A stretch of DNA of 63,960 nucleotides, filler included, from Lenisia limosa (Eukaryota > Protista > Breviatea), in NCBI GenBank assembly GCA_001655205.1. It is 12 parts of 12 records of this genome, joined end to end, with 100 filler letters (N's around TTAATTAATTAA, not from the genome) between each part and the next. Parts side by side here need not be neighbours in the genome. Positions count along the whole stretch, not along the records: positions 61,321 to 62,794 come from LPNZ01004997.1; positions 62,895 to 63,960 come from LPNZ01008224.1; 10 more parts are not named here. The stretch is one strand, 5' to 3'. The translations under genes were made by a program, and so were the position numbers. Below, in pieces: positions 61,395-63,960 of this stretch. Position 1 is the first letter of the stretch. Every line of letters starts with the position of its first letter. The notes under the pieces are model-generated. The model worked only from the letters and a program-made list of their open reading frames with translations, was not told where the DNA came from and searched no databases.

Positions 61395-62660
61395 CCCCGC
61401 ACCTGCTGCATATAAACGTCATGGCCGTCATGGGAGTCGAACGTCCAGACTGAGGAGTGGGGCAAGTCCTTCGGGAGGGCAGCTAAAATGTAAGTTATAA
61501 TGTAAGGTAATGTGAAGTTAATGTTAAGCTAATGTAAGCTAATGTAAGCTAATGCAAGCTAATGTAAGCTAATATAAGCTATATGCTAATAAAGCTAATG
61601 TAAACTGATGTTAGTTAATGTGAGTTAATGTAAGCTACTGTAAACGGATCTTATTTAATGTAAACTGATGTCATGTAAACTTATATTAATAAAAAGAAAT
61701 ACAGTTGTATTCAATACATATCATATACTTTTTAAATAATAATCATGATGTAAAACAACCCCCCCCCCATATCGCATAATTAGGGCTTCCCTACAGCCGA
61801 AAAAGACTGTTTATATATCGNNNNNNNNNNNNNNNNNNNNNNNNNNNNNNNNNNNNNNNNNNNNNNNNNNNNNNNNNNNNNNNNNNNNNNNNNNNNNNNN
61901 NNNNNNNTTGGGACCGTAGGGAACCCCTACGTATAATATTGTATATAGTACCCCCAGACGAGGAGGCATGTCCCCGGAGTTGATACAGTAGTCCGGCATG
62001 GCGACGTCATCTAGAGGCGCTATTTCGAGGTCGAATGCAAAGGTCTCGCAGTCGTCAAGATCGCTTCCCATTCTGGGGTTGCAAAATTAATGAAACACAA
62101 AAGCCCAAATCAAATCTGCTGGCTGACAACACACGAGGGTTGATAACAACAAAACAAAGCCCAGGCTAGTCGCTTCTGTAGCAGACAGCAAGTTGGAAGC
62201 ATTCTTATGATCCCCCAACAAATTGAATATCATACAAACAAGGACTTCACTTCGGTACAAAAAAAAGAAGACTAAATTTCTCGATAAATCCTCGATAAAT
62301 ATCGATATATTATCAGTCTTTTTCGAACNNNNNNNNNNNNNNNNNNNNNNNNNNNNNNNNNNNNNNNNNNNNNNNNNNNNNNNNNNNNNNNNNNNNNNNN
62401 NNNNNNNNGTTTGTACAGAAGAGCCTCTTCTCCTCCCATATGGCTTGCCTAAACAGGTAAGTATAAAAAGCAATCACATGAATGAGACTTGCCTAAATAG
62501 GCAAGTGCGCAAGTAAAATTTTTTAACAAAACAAAACAAAAAACACTTCCCCTCTTACCTGGGCTACCCTAGCAGTTTCAGATCGATCAGGGCCTTGGTT
62601 GAAAAGTCGCAGGTCCACGTCAATAGCGTGGGGCTCGACGAAAATGCGCAAAACGGATCC
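61395..62660 (-). CDS. Internal exons of an unassigned gene
   Basis: GSVLRIFVEPTLLTWTCDFSTKALIDLKLLG|, GSDLDDCETFAFDLEIAPLDDVAMPDYCINSGDMPPRLG|, ALPKDLPHSSVWTFDSHDGHDVYMQQ|, all with coding-like codon usage and GT donors. Confidence 0.5.
61493..61680. repeat. Degenerate 10-bp satellite (aatgtaagct)n
   Basis: More than 10 diverged units, intronic. Confidence 0.85.
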
Positions 62661-62894
62661 CTAATATGGTAAGTAGGTTCCTAATATGGTAAGTAGTCCT
62701 TATCTAGTAAGTAGGATTTAAAATAAGGTATAACAATTGGAACAGTAAGTGTTATATAATTACTCCCCCCACCAATTCCACAGTGAATTTGATANNNNNN
62801 NNNNNNNNNNNNNNNNNNNNNNNNNNNNNNNNNNNNNNTTAATTAATTAANNNNNNNNNNNNNNNNNNNNNNNNNNNNNNNNNNNNNNNNNNNN

Positions 62895-63960
62895 AAATTG
62901 GACCACTCTGTTGTGAAGCGTATTGCAAGGAACAACTCTATCAAAATAGGAAGAACTACAGCATTTGGGTTGATCAAGAGTTCCATTGAAAGATCAAAAA
63001 TGGAACCAGACCGTCAGCGTCAATGCCAGGTTGGTGTGATTAGGCATACATGGCATACTATGTATTTCTCATACTGTAGCCAGAAAGGACTGTTCAAAAT
63101 GGTCGCACGTTCAACCAATTGGTTCGAGGCTACAACTACATTGTTTCTAAGATACCAAAAGGCATGGAAGGTAAAGAAGCCGATGAGGTTGCAGTGAAAG
63201 CATGGGTAGAATTCTTCTCAATGGAAGCAATCATTTCAAGATATGTTACTGTATGTCGCCATTTCTTTGACAAAATATCAAAAGATGATGGTAAGGGGAT
63301 TTGAATGATTCTTTAGCTAATATTTAGAAAGACTCGATTTGAACAGCCCCCTTGATGAACCCTACCAACGGCACAGATCAATTGTTTACGAGAAACTTGA
63401 TGTGAAGGTAAAAGAGCAACTCAAATTGATTGAAGATGTTATCGCTAGAAATGAGAGACCACGAGCAATGAAGGCTGCAAGAGATCTTATCACGATCTAC
63501 CAAAGTTCAATTCCCCAGAAAGAAGTCCCTGCCACAAGAATTATCTTCAGTGACGAGTCATCCTATTGTGGAAGATTCTTTGATCGCTTCGATGGCAAGC
63601 CAAGAGCATCAGTGTTGTCTGTGATAAACCTTGCCGGCCAAATGCTAGGAACTGCCTACATATTGGGTGGTGACAAAATTGGAGAGGAAGCCCTTGAAAG
63701 GAAGAAAGCTGGGTACCAACCTGAAGAGAGAGAACTCCCTCCTGCACCTTGGCATAGGACCAATTTGGGACTAATTGAAGGCTATGATGAAGAAGAAAAC
63801 ATTCTTGGAACTGTTAAAATTCCTCCGGCGTCAGAGGAGGTATTGAATGCTGACAAATCGTCCCCCCATTGGTGTGCTGGTGTCACTGGAAATGCAATGT
63901 TTAGCACCCCAACCTATCTTGATACACTTCGTTCCATTTCTGCACACAGTTGCTCAAGAC
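62895..63960 (+). mobile_element. Intron-containing pogo/Tc1-like DDE transposase (or domesticated derivative), truncated at both ends
   Basis: An open frame of about 210 codons from 63329 to the window end: RIIFSDESSY (first catalytic D), SVLSVINLAGQMLGTAYIL (cf. pogo TVL.C.NA.G..L.P..I) and VTGNAMFSTPTYLDTL (cf. N.KGWMT...F..WL). Confidence 0.55.

Noticed and set aside
19977-62328. Introner-type intron-creating elements
   Set aside because: The boundaries of families A-E do not coincide with splice sites. They sit inside introns in both orientations with ordinary transposon TSDs.
9447-62850. Recurrent TTAATTAATTAA as a biological motif, and gene clustering across it
   Set aside because: It is an assembly spacer inside fixed-length N runs, and neighbouring scaffolds are unlinked.
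265-63747. Most ORFs in the supplied track, including X-containing ORFs and minisatellite-derived ORFs (48884-49171, 56786-57099)
   Set aside because: They are antisense or off-frame shadows of spliced genes, read-through of N gaps, or translations of tandem repeats.

Overview
This is eukaryotic nuclear DNA from an intron-rich, AT-rich microbial eukaryote that I cannot place taxonomically. It is not one locus. Eleven artificial linkers (44 N + TTAATTAATTAA + 44 N) join 12 separate scaffolds, so most genes are partial and adjacency across linkers is meaningless. The six-frame ORF track is mostly noise, so I rebuilt genes by hand from GT-AG exons. Recognisable genes: alkaline ceramidase, EIPR1/TSSC1, a single-domain Cho2-type PE methyltransferase, BCD1/ZNHIT6, ALG13, UFD1, the C-terminus of an NAD(P) transhydrogenase alpha moiety, an XRN-like protein with a degenerate active site, PWP2, CTF18, CCDC93, WDR62/MAPKBP1, a cyclic-nucleotide PDE end, a chorein-N (BLTP3-like) gene, a Ras/Rap GTPase and a pogo/Tc1-like DDE transposase fragment. 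Introns are either about 30-40 nt or expanded by short dispersed repeats: two hAT-type MITE families (8-bp TSD), a Tc1/mariner-type MITE (TA TSD) and an unclassified family. The main signal is a 5'-truncated Penelope-like retroelement inside an intron, flanked by a 14-bp direct repeat. Its last ~155 nt (family C) recur about 11 times elsewhere with fixed ends, three times behind a distinct head (family D). This suggests a PLE-dependent SINE-like system. All protein identities are motif recognition from memory, not database searches.
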